A DNA stretch of 64,000 nt from Podarcis melisellensis (taxonomy: Eukaryota), in NCBI GenBank assembly GCA_964234715.1, contig OZ174279.1; one strand, 5' to 3'. Shown here one piece after another: positions 35,831-50,700 of this stretch. A model generated the notes under the pieces. The model was not told where the DNA came from. It searched no databases and saw only the letters and a list, made by a program, of their open reading frames with translations. Every line of letters starts with the position of its first letter. Position 1 is the first letter of the stretch. A program made the position numbers and the translations under genes.

Positions 35831-38537
35831 TTAGAAAAATTGTGTCAAGCACAATAGTTGTGCAGGAACTTAACATTTTTGTATAGAAGTTATGCACGTA
35901 CAATGAAATAAAGTTAAATAGCCTACTACAGATTGGCAACTTTAAATTCTGCTAATGACCTGTAAGAATATTTCTGTTTGGCTTTTTATTATACTTGTCT
36001 GACTGTAGCATGTATTTTATTATTCTGAACTTGGTACATACTACTTCAAATTGCCCTGGAATTAGGAAATGGAAGATGGTATACAGCTATTCTAAATTAA
36101 TAAATTATAAACTCGCTACCCCATAATACTACACTTTTTCAACAGACCCAAGGGATAGTATTCCAAGGAAAAGCTGTTGTTTCCAGGCCATGTTACATGT
36201 TTCCAGACCATGTAACATTGATACTGTAACACCTCTGAACTGTGCCTATATAACATCCACAGTTTATTCTGTAAATATTTCTGGCATGTACCGATATTGT
36301 AGCTTGGCTGCCAACAGAGTTTGGCAATCTTGTTTACCCCCCTCACCATGGTGCAGAGTTAGTTGGGGGGGTTCAGGTGAGCAAGATGAGCCCAAGGCTT
36401 CCTTCCAACACTTCCAACTAGAAGGATAGTTTCCTCCCCCTCTCCAGCCAGGGTGGAAGACCATGATTTGTTTAAGCTCTGGGTGTCAGCAGAGAGCTAA
36501 AACAAACACCTGCATTCTCTAACTGGGTACTAGATAGAGAGGGACAGCAGAGGCCCGGCTGGATGACTGGAGTATGCACAAGTCAGAATTTCTTCACATG
36601 CATGGCACTATCAAAACGATACACAGAGGTGTTAAAAGGCACAGGACAATACTTCAGTGCCTGGGTAATGACTATACACCGCTGTAGTCCTAAGGGAAAA
36701 TAAATCACTGCTAGCTTCTCTGGGTTAGAAGACAGTCAGTTCAGAATAAACTAAGAATGAATGAATTACTTAAGAGTAAGTCCTGAAATGGGGGGGGGGC
36801 AGAGGGAGCTTGGAGAGAAAATGGCCAGGTTACATGAAAGCAGGGATGGTGCACCTGTGGCTCCAACACCCATCAGGGCCAGCCAGCATGGTCAATCATC
36901 AGGGATGATCTGAAGGGCCACATATTTCACACCCCTGCTTTAAAGTGTCTCAAATCCAGCCTCACTACTGTTCAGGATTTGCACAGTCTCTAGTAGAACT
37001 GACTCATCTTCATGGAAAGAGATTAGATAGTGAAGTCCCTAAATGGTGGTAGAATGAGCTTGCATGAGCAGTAATTGCTATTCTAAACTGTGGCAAGAGA
37101 AAAATTGTGTGCTATTGCTCTCATTCTGTATGTGTGTTTTGTGTGTGTGTGTATACATTCTCTGCCTGTTTGTGTGGTGGAAAATAAAGAAACTTCCCAA
37201 GGGGGGGAAAATCCTTTGCAAAAGTCTTTCATAGAGCTTGTCAGAGGAAACATCTGTTGTCCCCTGTGGAGGCTGAAAGACTAGGGAGGGAGGGATGACT
37301 TCAGCCAAAACTAAATTAATAATAATAATAAAAGAAGGAGGGGGAAACAGTGCAACGAATGTTTTTTTGCAAGACAGTGAATCTAAATGCCAAGAAAGAA
37401 GGGGGGAGCCCTGTGTGTGAATATGTTGAATAAGCAATTAACTGAGCTGGAAAGTCAAAGCTATAAGGGGTTAAGTTGATTTTGAAGCCTATGGTCTATG
37501 AAAATGGAAACATCACAAAATGGATTAATGATTCTGGTAAGAGAAAACATCTGTTCGTGTTATAAGGTCAGCAGGAAATGAACACTATTTACTCTGTCCT
37601 TATTGGTTAAGCCTATGGACCTTGAAAGAAAACCACACATGTCTTGACTTAGTGTTAACGAAACTTATGAAAACCTTCCAACTGCCTTCAAGTAGCCATC
37701 TACCTCACAACAACATATATGGTATCCTGAGCCATGGATGCCATAGAATAAGCTTGTTTATTCTCTCCTTTTCGCATATTCCTAAATTCACTGAATGCTA
37801 ACAAACTCTTTACTTGACTTCTCTTTGTTTATGATGTCTAACCGCCCAATCCTATGCATATCTACTCAGAAGTAAGGCTCATGCAGTTCAGTGTGCCTAA
37901 GTAAGTGTGCCTATGATTTCAGCCTAAATATTCTGTGTAGCACTTTTCTATCTGTTCAGCGATTATATACAAAAAAAATTGTGTTGTGTTTCTTTTCCAT
38001 CTTATCTCAGTCTGTATGCTTTCTTGTGGCAGCTTAAGGCTGCTTTCACTCAAGGGAGCTGAAGTGAGTGGGCAGAAGTCGCTACATCAGTTAACCAAAA
38101 AAACAACAACTCCAGAACACGCAAATCGGAAGCAAAAAGTAAATGTTTAATCTAGAAAATATGAATAGATAGGTACTCAACCTATCTATACAGATGAGAA
38201 CACTGTGTACTTCATTTGCTGACAAAATTGAAGCTTCAGGGGACCTTTTCCCTCAATTGCTCTTCCAATACTTTTCAGCAAATCATCGACATTTCCCTAA
38301 CAGTCCTTCAAAAGCATATTAGGAAAGCTTGGTTATTGTTGTTTTCCTTTTTTACTATTACTAGTTTGACAAAATTAACAACCGTGGAATGTATGTGGCT
38401 CCAGGCCCAGTCACACTTCCTGTGACCTGAGAGAAAGCTCCCACAGGAAACCATGATATAAAACTGCAAGTATGAATCAAGGTTTGCTTTTATAAACAAG
38501 AGAGAGTGCTAGTTTACCTCCTAGAACTCATGGAAAG

Positions 38538-38540
<3 letters not shown>

Positions 38541-38586
<46 letters not shown>
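38541..38586. repeat. (TAA)n microsatellite
   Basis: Directly visible run. Confidence 0.95.
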
Positions 38587-38587
<1 letters not shown>

Positions 38588-38703
38588 TAGAAGAATTTCT
38601 TTTTGAAACAGTTTTCATTTTAAAACCTATTATCAACTTCAGTTTTTACTCTCCCAAATAAATACATATGATTCATCATTAGGAAATGCAAAATTAATTA
38701 AAA

Positions 38704-38707
<4 letters not shown>

Positions 38708-38757
<50 letters not shown>
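38708..38757. repeat. (GA)n microsatellite
   Basis: Directly visible run. Confidence 0.95.
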
Positions 38758-38759
<2 letters not shown>

Positions 38760-40372
38760 TGTTTCCAATTATGGATTTGGTACAGTACATTATTTGCCCA
38801 CAGAAGGTCCCAGGTTCAATACCTGGCATCTTCAATTAAAAGGATTAGGTAGCAGAAAAGATCTCTGCCTGTGACCCTAGAGAGCTTAGTATTAGGGTAG
38901 TTGAAGAATGTATAAAGCAGGTTCCTACATATTCTACTTAGGTAAGGTTACATGGCTGCTGACCAATGCCAGGAAAGCATGCAACACCTGGATATTCAGC
39001 ACTTAAGCAACGAGACATCTTTTCCCATCATTCCATCACTGGGAGCGTCCTGTATTCTGCACCACCAGAAGTATTATAATGGCACACAAAAAAGGACAGT
39101 CTTTACAAGGGCATATAAGCTTAAACTACATCAAAAGACATTTGAGTGAAGGGTGTAAAAACCCTCTTGCCCTGTATGTTAAGCAATGCATGCCTTTATT
39201 CAGAGGCACATATTTGTGCAAGCAAATTGCGAGTGCTGCTTGATAGATGCTACTATGGCAAGATGGCAAAGCTATATGGCTGACCCACTTCCCTTGCAGG
39301 GCAATGCAATGTTAGTTTTGGGTGCTTTTCGTGCATGCAGAGGACTTATCAAGCTGAAATGTGGAAAGGAGGGTGCAAAGTGGTAGCAGAGGAGAGTTTT
39401 TAAAAGCTGTGCTAAAAAGATGTCCCGCAGAAGTTATTGGTGTCAAGGAATCTCTAACCTTAGATTTCTACCACCTTTGATATTGCATGGCTCTGCACAG
39501 TAGAGTGAGAAGGAATTACTTCTCAGTTCCAAAGATAGCCATATGCACTTTTTAAAAGAGAGAACAATTAATGTTCTGTGTTTCATCTTAAAAATGAGAA
39601 TATGTGCAATCAGTATAGCATCTTCTTAAAAATGTGTGCACACACAAACTTTACATCTGCCAAGCAAACAACCAAAGGCGCAATTGACCGGGAGTATTCA
39701 ACATTATGCACAAAACATGCCAAATCAGATGTAACAGTTTAATATCTAAATGCTCACTTACCAGCCGGCACCACGATCTATTACATTTTAGGGGGAAAGA
39801 GTGGCAGCCTAAAAACTATGCTTTTCACTGTAGTGCTATACATATGTTGAAATATGAGTAACAAACGTGCTCGACATGCAATTAGGCAAGCATGTGGATC
39901 TTATTGCTCCTAAAGGCTATTATTTGATTTCCTGCTCTGAAGCGAGTGGTGAAAAGATTCCAAGTCTAAATGCAGAGGAATTAGATCATTCTTTGGGGTG
40001 GTCGCATCATGGGCTGGAAACCAGATGGAGTGTTTTAAAAGCCCTTTGTAACTGAACCAACTCACCAAGTTGCTTGGAAACATACAGATGTAGTTGCTGC
40101 TCTGGGGCAACATTTGGCCTAGTTTTCGCTGTATCTGACAATACTCATAGACAGCACCATCAACAGAAGTAAGTAATCTTTTGGGTGGTGACTGGTTCCC
40201 ATTGTGGGAGCCTGAACTCTTATGGCAGAAAAGCATGGCCAAACTCTTTAACATTACATGTACCAGCTTTTGTGCTACCATATATCATACAGCATATTTA
40301 CATTTCTAAAAAGAGCAAATATTATGAACAAACTGAAATCCCCTCCTGAACAATGGAATCTGTTTGAAATGG

Positions 40373-40434
<62 letters not shown>
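40373..40434. repeat. Compound (GT)n(GA)n microsatellite; a second one lies at ~40597-40632
   Basis: Directly visible runs. Confidence 0.95.
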
Positions 40435-40438
<4 letters not shown>

Positions 40439-40596
40439 TTATGATTTATGTGGAAATAATTTCATTTGGTTGTGTACTTTTGATGTTTTATTTATTGTTT
40501 ATGACTACTTTTGTTACGTTTGCAATTATGGTTTTTCATGTTGTAAGTCTCCTTGAACATGGTTTGAACTATGGAATGGCAGCATACAAATAAAAT

Positions 40597-40632
<36 letters not shown>

Positions 40633-43067
40633 TGCACACCAAACAGCGAGATGATACATCCCAGTTACATTGTTGAAGCCTACACGGATCCACTAACAGG
40701 GGTTGAGACCCCTGCCTGGTTTTCAGCCTTCTCTCTGCATCCTTTCAAGCTCTCCCAAGTTGGCAGAGCAGCCTTATAATAGTTTAATTGCACTGATGAT
40801 CAAATACTGATACAACACTTCTGATACCCTGATTTTTCCAGAGTCCCAAAATGCGTGGAGGAGCATCCGTGGATGCAAAGGGCTCCACACAGTCACCTTC
40901 CACGAGTTGGAAATGACAAAAATGGCAACAGAGAAAGGTGGAGCTAGTACATTCATCCCCACTGCTCCTTGTGTTTCCATACCCGCTTCTGTAATGCCTG
41001 AAAAAGGGTATAGTGTTCTGAGCCCAAGTCTCCTACCCTGTTGGGCCTCAGGTTGAAGGGAACAAGTTGCAGGCTGCTTGCCTCCTTTCAGACCAACTCT
41101 CAGTGGCTGGTCAGCATCTCATGCCTACACACTGCTCTCCAACCTCTCTGCTGCCAGGGTTTGTTGGAAATATAATGACAGGATGGAACTCTTACTATTT
41201 AAAAAATCCAGAATGTCTTTCAGCATTAATGACCCACTTTGACCCCTTCTTTTGTCTCCTCTCTGGGAGCCTACAGCATCTGCACATGGGATACCTATTT
41301 ATTTATATGCTACAAAAACAAATACAGCCCACCCTTCATATCTATGGATCCCAGGGAAGGGTACAACACATAGTACATAAAACCATACACATCCTTTTAC
41401 TAAATGGCAGAGCAAAAGTTCCTTAAAACAAACAAAACATATATGCAAGTTAGAATAAGAACTGAAAGAATATTTATTTGGACTTCTTGCTTTGTACAGT
41501 CCAATATCTTTTGATTAAGACAATAATTAAAATCAAGAGACTTGGAGATGAAGAATTGTATGTGTTTGCGTGTCTGAAACTCCACTTTCTCAATTTCCAC
41601 TATAATTAATTAACCATAAAAATTATTTATACAGCAAACTTGAGCAGAGGGAAGGAAAAATAATGTGTGGTAATCAAGAGGTGAGGTTTTCACAGTATCT
41701 AATGTGATTTATTTTCAGGAGAGTGAAACCCTGCAATATGGTTTAACTAGTGGATTGCACCATAAACTAAATCAGTTCTGGATGAAACCTTAAAAGCTGC
41801 ATTTCACTATGCCTGCTGATGCATAGTTCGGTAATCTTAATAATAAATATTAGGCCACTTCAACCTTTGCATAGAAAACCAAGGGTAAATTTTTAGCACT
41901 TTAGTTTCCCCTATTGAAGTTAAAATTAATGGCCACATAAAACTGCTGATTCCTACCAAATGAAGCTCTACAATGTATCAACTCAGGGACAGAGCAAATT
42001 CAGGGATAGCTTAAATATTTCACCTGAATTATTGCTGTATTTTGTAACACTGGCAGTTTTATGGATCTTGTTGGTTTTATAAATTCCTAAGTATTTGAGA
42101 CTTCCTAAATAAACAAAGGCCTTAAATAAAATGAGCAATCTATTGTTTACACGCAGAATGAGAATGAACCTACGTATTCAATTTCAGTCCCACGCACCTG
42201 AACTTGGAGGAACTCACAGCAATATTTTAAGTTCACAACAAGTCTGCAGGGAAGGCTATGGTGAGAGTTAGAGACTGAACCAGGTATGTTTGTTGGCTTT
42301 GATTCATGAAAAACATATTCGCCTTCAGCCAGGTCTGTAATCACAGGGGTTGGATAGGTTGCTCACGTTTTGGGGGCAAATGCTGGCTATTGCCAGAGAA
42401 ACAACAGCCCAACATAGCCCACAAAACTATTCTTGCGCATAACAGGCTCCTCCATAGCATGCTTGCCTCTACGCTGGCAGAGCTCTTTTCCTCTGGTAGA
42501 GGGAGGTACTTTTGCTAAATCCTAATTCCCTCCAATCAGCAGATATCAGGGTTAGGACTCAGTTTTTGCCTTGTGGATTGGCTTTCAAAAGTGGTCGAAA
42601 GCAGGGGGAGGGGAGTAAGCAAGGCAACAGATACTTTCAAGCCTACAAAAACAGAAAGGAGTAGCAAGAAGATGTGGAACTCAAAGATTTCAACAACAAG
42701 AGCTACTGTGAAAGGCTGTTTGGTTACAGTTTGGTTAGCTAGCTAAGTGCCTGAGATCAGATTCAATGTATACATCTAAGATGATGCGCTCTCTTGTCTT
42801 CCATTCATACAGGGAAGCTTTTCAATAGCTAAAGGATGGTAAGTGTGAGAGGCAGAGGCAGGGAAAGTACATTCCACCACTTCGCCTTTGGTTTCAAGCA
42901 ATCTAAATGATTACACTTCAAACTCCAAAAAGAAATAACCCAATAACAATGGAGAAACCCCTGCTCTATCAAAGCATGGGTCTAGGATTCAGCAACCTAA
43001 CATGGCGGCTAAATGGACAAACAAGACATTAAAAGGAATGCTATCATTTCAACTAAAAATTCTAAAT

Positions 43068-43481
43068 TTCACAGGGTATGAAGGACTTGCTCACAAATTT
43101 ATTGATAGCTGGACGAATTATTATAGCCAGGGAGTGGAAGGGGCAAGCAGAATATAAAATGGAAGAATGGTATAAAGAGGTGTGGGATATAGCTATTAAC
43201 AATAAATTAACATATGCCATTGAGGTAAGACAGGGAATATGCAGGAGAAATGATTTTGAGGAGATATGGAGGGTGTTCGTAGAATTTGTACTGATAAAAT
43301 GGAAAGGGATCAAACCATCACAAGAGGTGTTGTACTTTTGGGAGGTTGGATAGTTACAATGGAATGGTCTCGGTGGTGAGGTGCACATGTTTATTCTTAT
43401 TTATTTATGATTATTACTTTGTCAAAATAAATAAATAAATAAAAATTGAAAAAAGAAAAAAGGGGGAAAGAATAATAATTT
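43068..43481 (+). mobile_element. 5'-truncated L1-clade LINE (ORF2 C-terminus, 3' UTR, A-rich tail)
   Basis: ORF 43078-43353 (LLIAGRIIIAREWK...W...KLT...W..F) resembles non-mammalian L1 ORF2 ends. (AAAT)n/poly-A tail. 12-bp target duplication aaaattctaaat at 43056-43067 and 43482-43493. Confidence 0.85.
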
Positions 43482-43828
43482 AAAATTCTAAATAATGAAT
43501 GGTACATAAATATACAAATATTTTTTTAAAAAAAATCAAACACAGGTTTGTCAGTTAGTTTCCATATATTTTAAAGAAAAAAATTCTTTTTAAAAATTGT
43601 GCAAACATTATGACTTCATCTACATACTGTATATAAGTATATGCACTTGGGATACCCTTTTACACAGCCAAGTAACTCTTGGAAAATCCAGCCAAGCCAC
43701 AGCAGGTTCTGCCAGCCTGGTTGGAAGCTTTGTCCAAAATTGCTCCCCCTCTTGGCTGTATATGAAAAGTCAGAGTGCAGAGAAAAACTTCCACAAGCAC
43801 TCCCATAATTCATGCCATATTCCCAGTA

Positions 43829-44054
43829 CAGTGGTACCTTGGGTTAAGAGCTTAATTCGTTCTGGAGGTCTGTTCTTAACCTGAAACTGTTCTTAACCTG
43901 AAGCACCACTTTAACTAATGGGGCCTCCCACTGCCACCGCACCGCTGGAGCACGATTTCTGTTCTCAACCTGAAGCAAAGTTCTTAACCCAAGGTACTAT
44001 TTCTGGGTTAGCGGAGTCTGTAACCTGAAGCGTCTGTAACCCGAGATACCACTG
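43829..44054. mobile_element. Complete Tc1/mariner (Tigger-like) MITE
   Basis: Terminal inverted repeats cagtggtaccttgggtta / taacccgagataccactg flanked by TA dinucleotides; internal repeated (t)taacctgaa motifs. Confidence 0.92.
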
Positions 44055-47000
44055 TATATGTGAGGTCTGCCAAAGTGAAACCCCTCCACCCCCCAGCATG
44101 TATAGATCACAAAAAGCAGAGGACCTTCTTGCCAGGAAGCTTCAACTTACAAGTAGGCCAGAGATCTCCAAGCTAGCTTTTTTCCTTTTTTTTTTTTTTA
44201 AAAAAGGGGGCAGTCAGATCCAAAAGGACCGTTTAAGACAATGGAAAAGGTGACTGGTAAAAATGTGAAAAATAAATTAAGTAGGTCCAGTTTCCCCTAG
44301 AACCCTAGGTCCTGATCAAGCATTCCCATTTCTTTTCCCCCAGTCAAAGACACACCCCACAGTCACCACAATGTTCGAAAGTGTTTCTCATGTGAATGAA
44401 ATAATTCTAAAACATGCAGTCCCCTTTCATGATTAGTCACTCATGTGAAGTTGTCAGTGTATGCACAGAAAAGGAAAATGCATGGGTGTTTTGTAGCAGC
44501 GTGCACTTTGCCCGCAAATTGCAATCGCATACCACTGGGAAGTTCTGAATTTTGCTTTTTAAAAGCCCTGCTTGCAGCAGTCTTCCATTCTGTTGTAGTA
44601 GGGTAGAAACTAAATGCTAGCCTTATTGTTTTGATAGCAAAGAGCTCTGGAACTGGGTTTTGTTTTTGCAGAACTCCTTAAAACCAGCATGTGTCAATAA
44701 ACTCAAAGATTTTTTATTTTTTATTTTTGTGGATGGCTTTCTTAACCGATTTGAATATACCGTATTGAATTTCTTGCACTGGATCTTCTTATATAGTGCA
44801 TCTTATTGCATTCCGCTAAAATTTTCACGGACAAACAATGTTAGGAATGCCAAATACAGAACATTCATGGACTCAATGACCTTTCCATCCTTTCCTAATT
44901 GTATAGTTCTGTGAATAATTACTGCAGGAACAGTTTGTAATATTTAGAGCAAGTCAACAGATTCCAGTCTTAGTTGGTTCTCACCAGGTGTTAGATAAAC
45001 ACCCTGGAGCAAGCTAATAGTAACCAAGGTTTGTAGTCATTAATTTGATTATGCATCAGTGCTCCTTCTTAGAACTTAGTAGTGTCTAAATGAAGTAAAA
45101 GAAATAAATCACCTTTGTTGTTTTGCTGTATGCCCAGCATCAGTTTTTAAAATGGGCATACACTTCATAAATCATTTCATGTGGGTGGGGAAGGTATTAA
45201 TAAAAATGGTGGAAGGAACAGGGAATAATTGCATAAAAATGTAATAATGTAATCTTCTCCAAAGCTATATGTTATAGGCTCTTAGTGGCATTTTAACAAT
45301 TTGCTACATTAGGTAGCACTATGAGTGAGACAATGGCCAATAACTAGACTTATGAAGTGGCAGCTCTAAACATACAGAGAGATGGTCCATCTATAATTTC
45401 TGGCTATGAGGTATGATCAGTATCACTGTCCACCCAACAACTATTCATAAGCCAAAGGATACAGGAGACACGTTAATATCTGGCATAAGCAAAGGTTACA
45501 AGCAACCATCACAGCCAACACATGGCAAGTTCATGTGGCACAATAAATGGTGATTTGTTTCCAGCTAAAGAAATTTAAAGATGAATCTGCTTTGTTGAAA
45601 ATACAAGGAAGTCAGGTTTTTATCTATTACATCCCCTGTGGAGGCTATTGTACAAAAAATGGTCACAAGACAGTGGCTGTCAAACTACAATATTTATACT
45701 GCAAAATTACCACAGCTCATTGGACACTCCTGATGATACAGGAGTGGGTTGATTTTCTCAAAGGAGAGGACAAAAATGTAGAGAGATCAACTGAGTCAAT
45801 ATTCAGCTTCTACATATTAAATAAAAACCTACTCCATTTTATTCCCTAATACTCCTGTCTTTGGAAAAATCGGCCACATCATCCTGATTAAATAAAACAG
45901 AAGGACTCAATCTAAATTCACTAAAATCAATTAATGCTTTTAATTTTTTAAAAATGAAATAAATATATCTCACTTTGCCTTTCCTAAAAAACTGTCGAGT
46001 CTGATTCACAAGTGACATATTCCTGCTGAGAATGAATTGTGTATGCTTCCCATTTCTGGAAACCCAGGAAAGCACATGTGCTTATGCAAAACATGCAGCA
46101 TGCTTGCTGGATTCCAGCTCAGAACATGCAACCCTAAAGGAGAAAGCAACAGCATTTCCTCAACTAAAAATGTAGTATGTTAATTGTCCTTACATCATTG
46201 TATAACAAATGACACAACGAAACAGCTAACAACCAAACTTCAAGCTTTACGAAGTACTTCAATGGGAGCTGGATTTTTGTTTTTGTTTTTTTCCTTTTTC
46301 CTCATGAGCAGGAATCACCCTGGAGTTGTCAACTGAGCACCATCTGCCGTGTTATTTTAGAACAGGAATCCTGACAATCTTTGCCAAATAAAGGAACACT
46401 TTCCCCCTCCAGATATTCCATCTTCTGCTCAGTGTGATTCCGTAAATCTTGGTGGGGTATAGGGCACCAAAGTGCCCTGTGTGTGTATTGGGGGAGGGCA
46501 TGCACTGTAGCTCACAGGAGAGTTTTGCTTTTTGGAAGAGGTGGAGAAGTAACGCTTAATTTCTGAAGTAAGAAGTGCCAGGTTTTTTTAGCCTGCCTGT
46601 AGACAAAGCTAAACATGGCAGTATTAATACAAATGGAAGTTGTATAATATGTATATACATTAGATTAGAAAGCAGGCATTTCTGCAACCCTCATATCAAG
46701 ACTCCTGCTGAGAGACCTTACTCTTCTGTCAGGGTCATGATCCAGATCAAACACCCTGTATTTCCTTTTTATAAAAAGAAGAACCATTGCAGCTACAAAT
46801 TATATGAATGTTAGCATATTTAGTTTGGATCCGATACCTTTTGGCCTGGAAACTCTTTCCCCAGTTCCATATGTGGGGGCTGTTTGACTATACACTGAAG
46901 AGAGGAAAAGGCATTACTATGTCACGCATTAGCATCCTGGCATGAAACACAGTTTCCATGGCCAAACAATACTCTATGGCCAAGTATGGTAAGGGTACAA

Positions 47001-47370
47001 GTAGAAAAATGGCCTGAGGATCTGGAGATAAAGAATTTCAACAAGAGAAGCCACTGAGTAGGCACAGATATCTGATTGCCTAACCAGGAAGTGTTGGTAT
47101 TTGAGGGGGGGGAGGATCCAAATTATTCCACTCACTGTAGTAAAAATAGAACTAAATAATTGATCATTTTACCACCTGAGGTGATATGCCTCATTGGTAG
47201 AGCAACCCACAACTAAATCTGCATCAGACATATTCATCTGTTGCACATGCGCTAACAGATGGTGAAAATAGTGAGAGAAATGTCAATAGTTATTCAATAA
47301 AATGCCTGTTCTTGGCCACATCATTACATATTTTGACATGGGACTTCTTCTGAAAGTCCAGTTTGGAACA

Positions 47371-47745
47371 GGCCTCATTCACACATCACATGAAGCTGAG
47401 CAATTATTTAGCATGAATCTGTGACCATCTGGTCCTCAGGAGAGGAGATTATTGCTACTTTGTTCCTCACCCGTTTTGATGCTGTGTTGCGCTGATCTAA
47501 GCAATGGCTTAGCTTAGCATGTCATCTGAACACATGCTTTTGATATAGCGCTCTCCAGGCTAGCCAAGAGTTATGAACCAAGGTTTGTCCTATGGTTTGT
47601 CTGGGTGGGATAAATCATGAGCCTGGTTTTGGATGACATGGCATAACCACAGCAGCATAATGAGCAGAGACAGCAAAGCATCCATGAGCAGCTCCTCAAG
47701 AAGCCTATACACTTGTGAAATCATCACATTAGAGTGATGTACAAA
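47371..47745. mobile_element. Degenerate foldback element, copy 5
   Basis: Starts ggcctcattcacac; contains tggcttagcttagcatg and core gaaccaaggtttgtcc; arms gaggag..gct / agctcctc. Confidence 0.55.
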
Positions 47746-50700
47746 CATCATTGTAAAAATGGAAGAACTAGAAATACTGTAAGGCAGCAATTTGAAAGGA
47801 TATTTACTTGGAAGTACAACCCACTAAAATAAATGGGACGAGTCTAGGCTAAAGTGTCTTGCATTCAAACACCTAGAGGTAAGCATTTCATCAATTCGCT
47901 GTAAAGTTTATTATGGTGAAAATACAAAATTGATAATACTTGGTAAGCATCACCTGATTTAATAGTTGCTATGGTTCAAGCCATTCTTGCTTATGAGTTT
48001 GTAACGTGACAGCAGTAAAGAATCAGAATTGGATTTTTAATTAAATCCTGTCCAAAAATGATATTTGCTGCTCTCTATATGAACTCATAGGCCAAAAAGT
48101 ATGCAAAGTCAAGACAACTCAGCAGAAGGATCTTGTGTCTGCTAATTTTAAAAACCCAACAATATTCTTAGTCCAGTGGGATGTACTTTAACTATCAAGT
48201 ATTACATAACCCTTGGACAGAAGATGCACAAGAATAGATGTCAACAGTAAGAGTGTGAAAATTTCTCATCCAGATTCCTCGATCTTCCTTTCCTTCCACA
48301 ATAATTACTTCAAACCCAGCTGTTTCCAAGTCTATTGTGCTTCCAGAACTTTGTAAGTAAGTCTACTTTAACTCTTACACGCCACAATACTGAACTCAAA
48401 ACTTACAAGCCCCTGCTTTGATGTACATTTAAAAGCTGTGTGTGTACATGTACATAGATGATAACCCATTGACGTCTGAAAATCAGCAGTTTACACTAGT
48501 CTAGAAGTAGTGTTATATATGATTAGAGATTCACAGACATGAAGCATCCATGGATTAATCATGAGACAAAGCTACATTATAAGACCAGGGAGTAAAGTTA
48601 CCAGAACCATAGCTAGAGCTGTTCCCAACACCAACAACATAAAATGAAACCTGGGAATACATGAAAATGAAACATACAAGATTGCCTTCTAACAAATCAG
48701 ACTGCTGGTCCATCTAGTCTAAACTTCTTTGACTGTCAGTAAATTTCCAGGGTCTCACAGAGGGAGGTATTTTCCAGCCTTGCTATGCAAGAGCCTTTAG
48801 CTGAAAAGCAAAAGGGACTAAAATGGATACCTCCAATAAGCTATGGCTCCTCCCACATTACTTTTACCCATATGCAGTTCCACTGTTCTATTCAATGAAA
48901 ATGCCAGACAACCCAATTCCATCTATGTCAAGAATGTCAGTCTCTGCTGCATCTGTTTCCCTATTCAAAATCCCAATCACTTATTTGCCAGTGCAAGGGA
49001 AATTAGGTCATTCCCACAGGCCTTAGGATGTCTCTAGTCTGCTATGCACATTATTCCAAAACATCATTCCTCATACAATACTTCTGCTCAAGAGCTGGGA
49101 CTGTAGAATAGGAGGCAGCTACCCCAGTGGTAAAGGTGAGTTACTCTCTCAAGCACCAAGTCAAGGGACAAGGGGTCAACATACACTGCAGTTCTGGTGT
49201 TAGGCCTGAGCCTAAGGTCAGCTATAATAACAAAAGGGAAATGTTGCAGCTTTTTTGTCAAATGACCTAGAACCAACCAACAAAATGTTATTTTTAAAAA
49301 TATGCTGCTCCTGTATTTCCTACAGAAATATGCAAAATAGTTGCTTATACATATTTTTGCATTGCAAAAAAGTTAGAACAACAGGCAGACTGTTGTATTT
49401 GGTGAAAGTTTGTTTTTGGTAGGGAGAGATTTATTTCATGATCCCTTTTTTATAGTTTCAAACTGAAAGCTGTCCTGCAATCCCATTATGTACACGACAA
49501 GTATGAACACAGTGACATGCCGAAATATTTGCCTTCCTCCTGTATCAGCAGTGCACAGTACACCATGAACTAACTTCCTTTGACCTAGTTCCTGAGAAGT
49601 TTTGGAAGTGCGCATCTTATTTTGTATGCAGTATCCACAGTATTTTTGCTAGCAAGGAGCAACTGAGCCCAGCCCTTTGGTTAAATTATCTGTAAATGTT
49701 TTCTCCTGCATTGGCTAAATTTCTCTCCAGAGATGTCATATGGAGACATTTTTGAACAAGCGCCCATGCCCTTTTCAGAGTACATTAATTCTCTCGGAAA
49801 AAAGTGTGAAGCAGAGAACATAAGGCAGAGAGAAAGGGGGCTTGTCTTGCACAGTTAAAACTACTATATGAACAGCTTTTCTCAGAATTCATTATTCTAA
49901 GATTATCCTTTGGCTCCCCCGCCCTTCCATTGCCAACACAGAAAGAGTCATTTGCCAGACAGTATCCTCTGATGTGGCTGCACTTCCTGTCACTACTGAT
50001 AAGGGAAGAATAGGCAATAAAGAAGCAACAGCAAGGTTCTCAGGAAGGGAAGGGACTGGAACAATTAAAACGGGGTTATTAAAAAGCCTTGCATCTTTGA
50101 ACTTGAGAACCCTGCTGAAGGGCTGGACAAGCAATGTTGCTAGGAAGCTTAGGATTCCATTTTACTTTTGCCAGATAAGTATATTGCTATTGGCCTCAGA
50201 TCAGAGAGGCCTAATAGATATTTGGGGGACTGGAAGGTGGGGTGGAATAATCAGGAAATAAAACTCTTAAATGGTAGTGAGCAATTGATTGAAGAAAACA
50301 GAAGAGCCTTTAAAAACCAGCTATTTATCTGTCTACCGTAAGCAGAAGTGGAACAGGAAATTAATTCAATTTGCCACAGACTTACATTACGCTGTTAAGT
50401 TTCTATTTAATTTTAAAAAGAAATCCACCCTCACTCAGCCCTCCCCCATTCCAAAGCAGAGTTATCAGTGGACAAGCTAGTAATTGAAGCTTATAACGGT
50501 CCAATTAAACAGATCTAATCATTATTAGTAGGTAGACTATAAAGTATGGAATAAGCTTGAAAATGAAAGAATTAAAAAGGGAACTGCTTAAAAGGATAAA
50601 AGACCTTCTTCAGAAGTCATTTTGTTACCAACGGATTCTGATTTGCTGAAAAATATCCTGCACCCATAGGTATTGCCATTACAGTCACAGAAGCCTTTTA

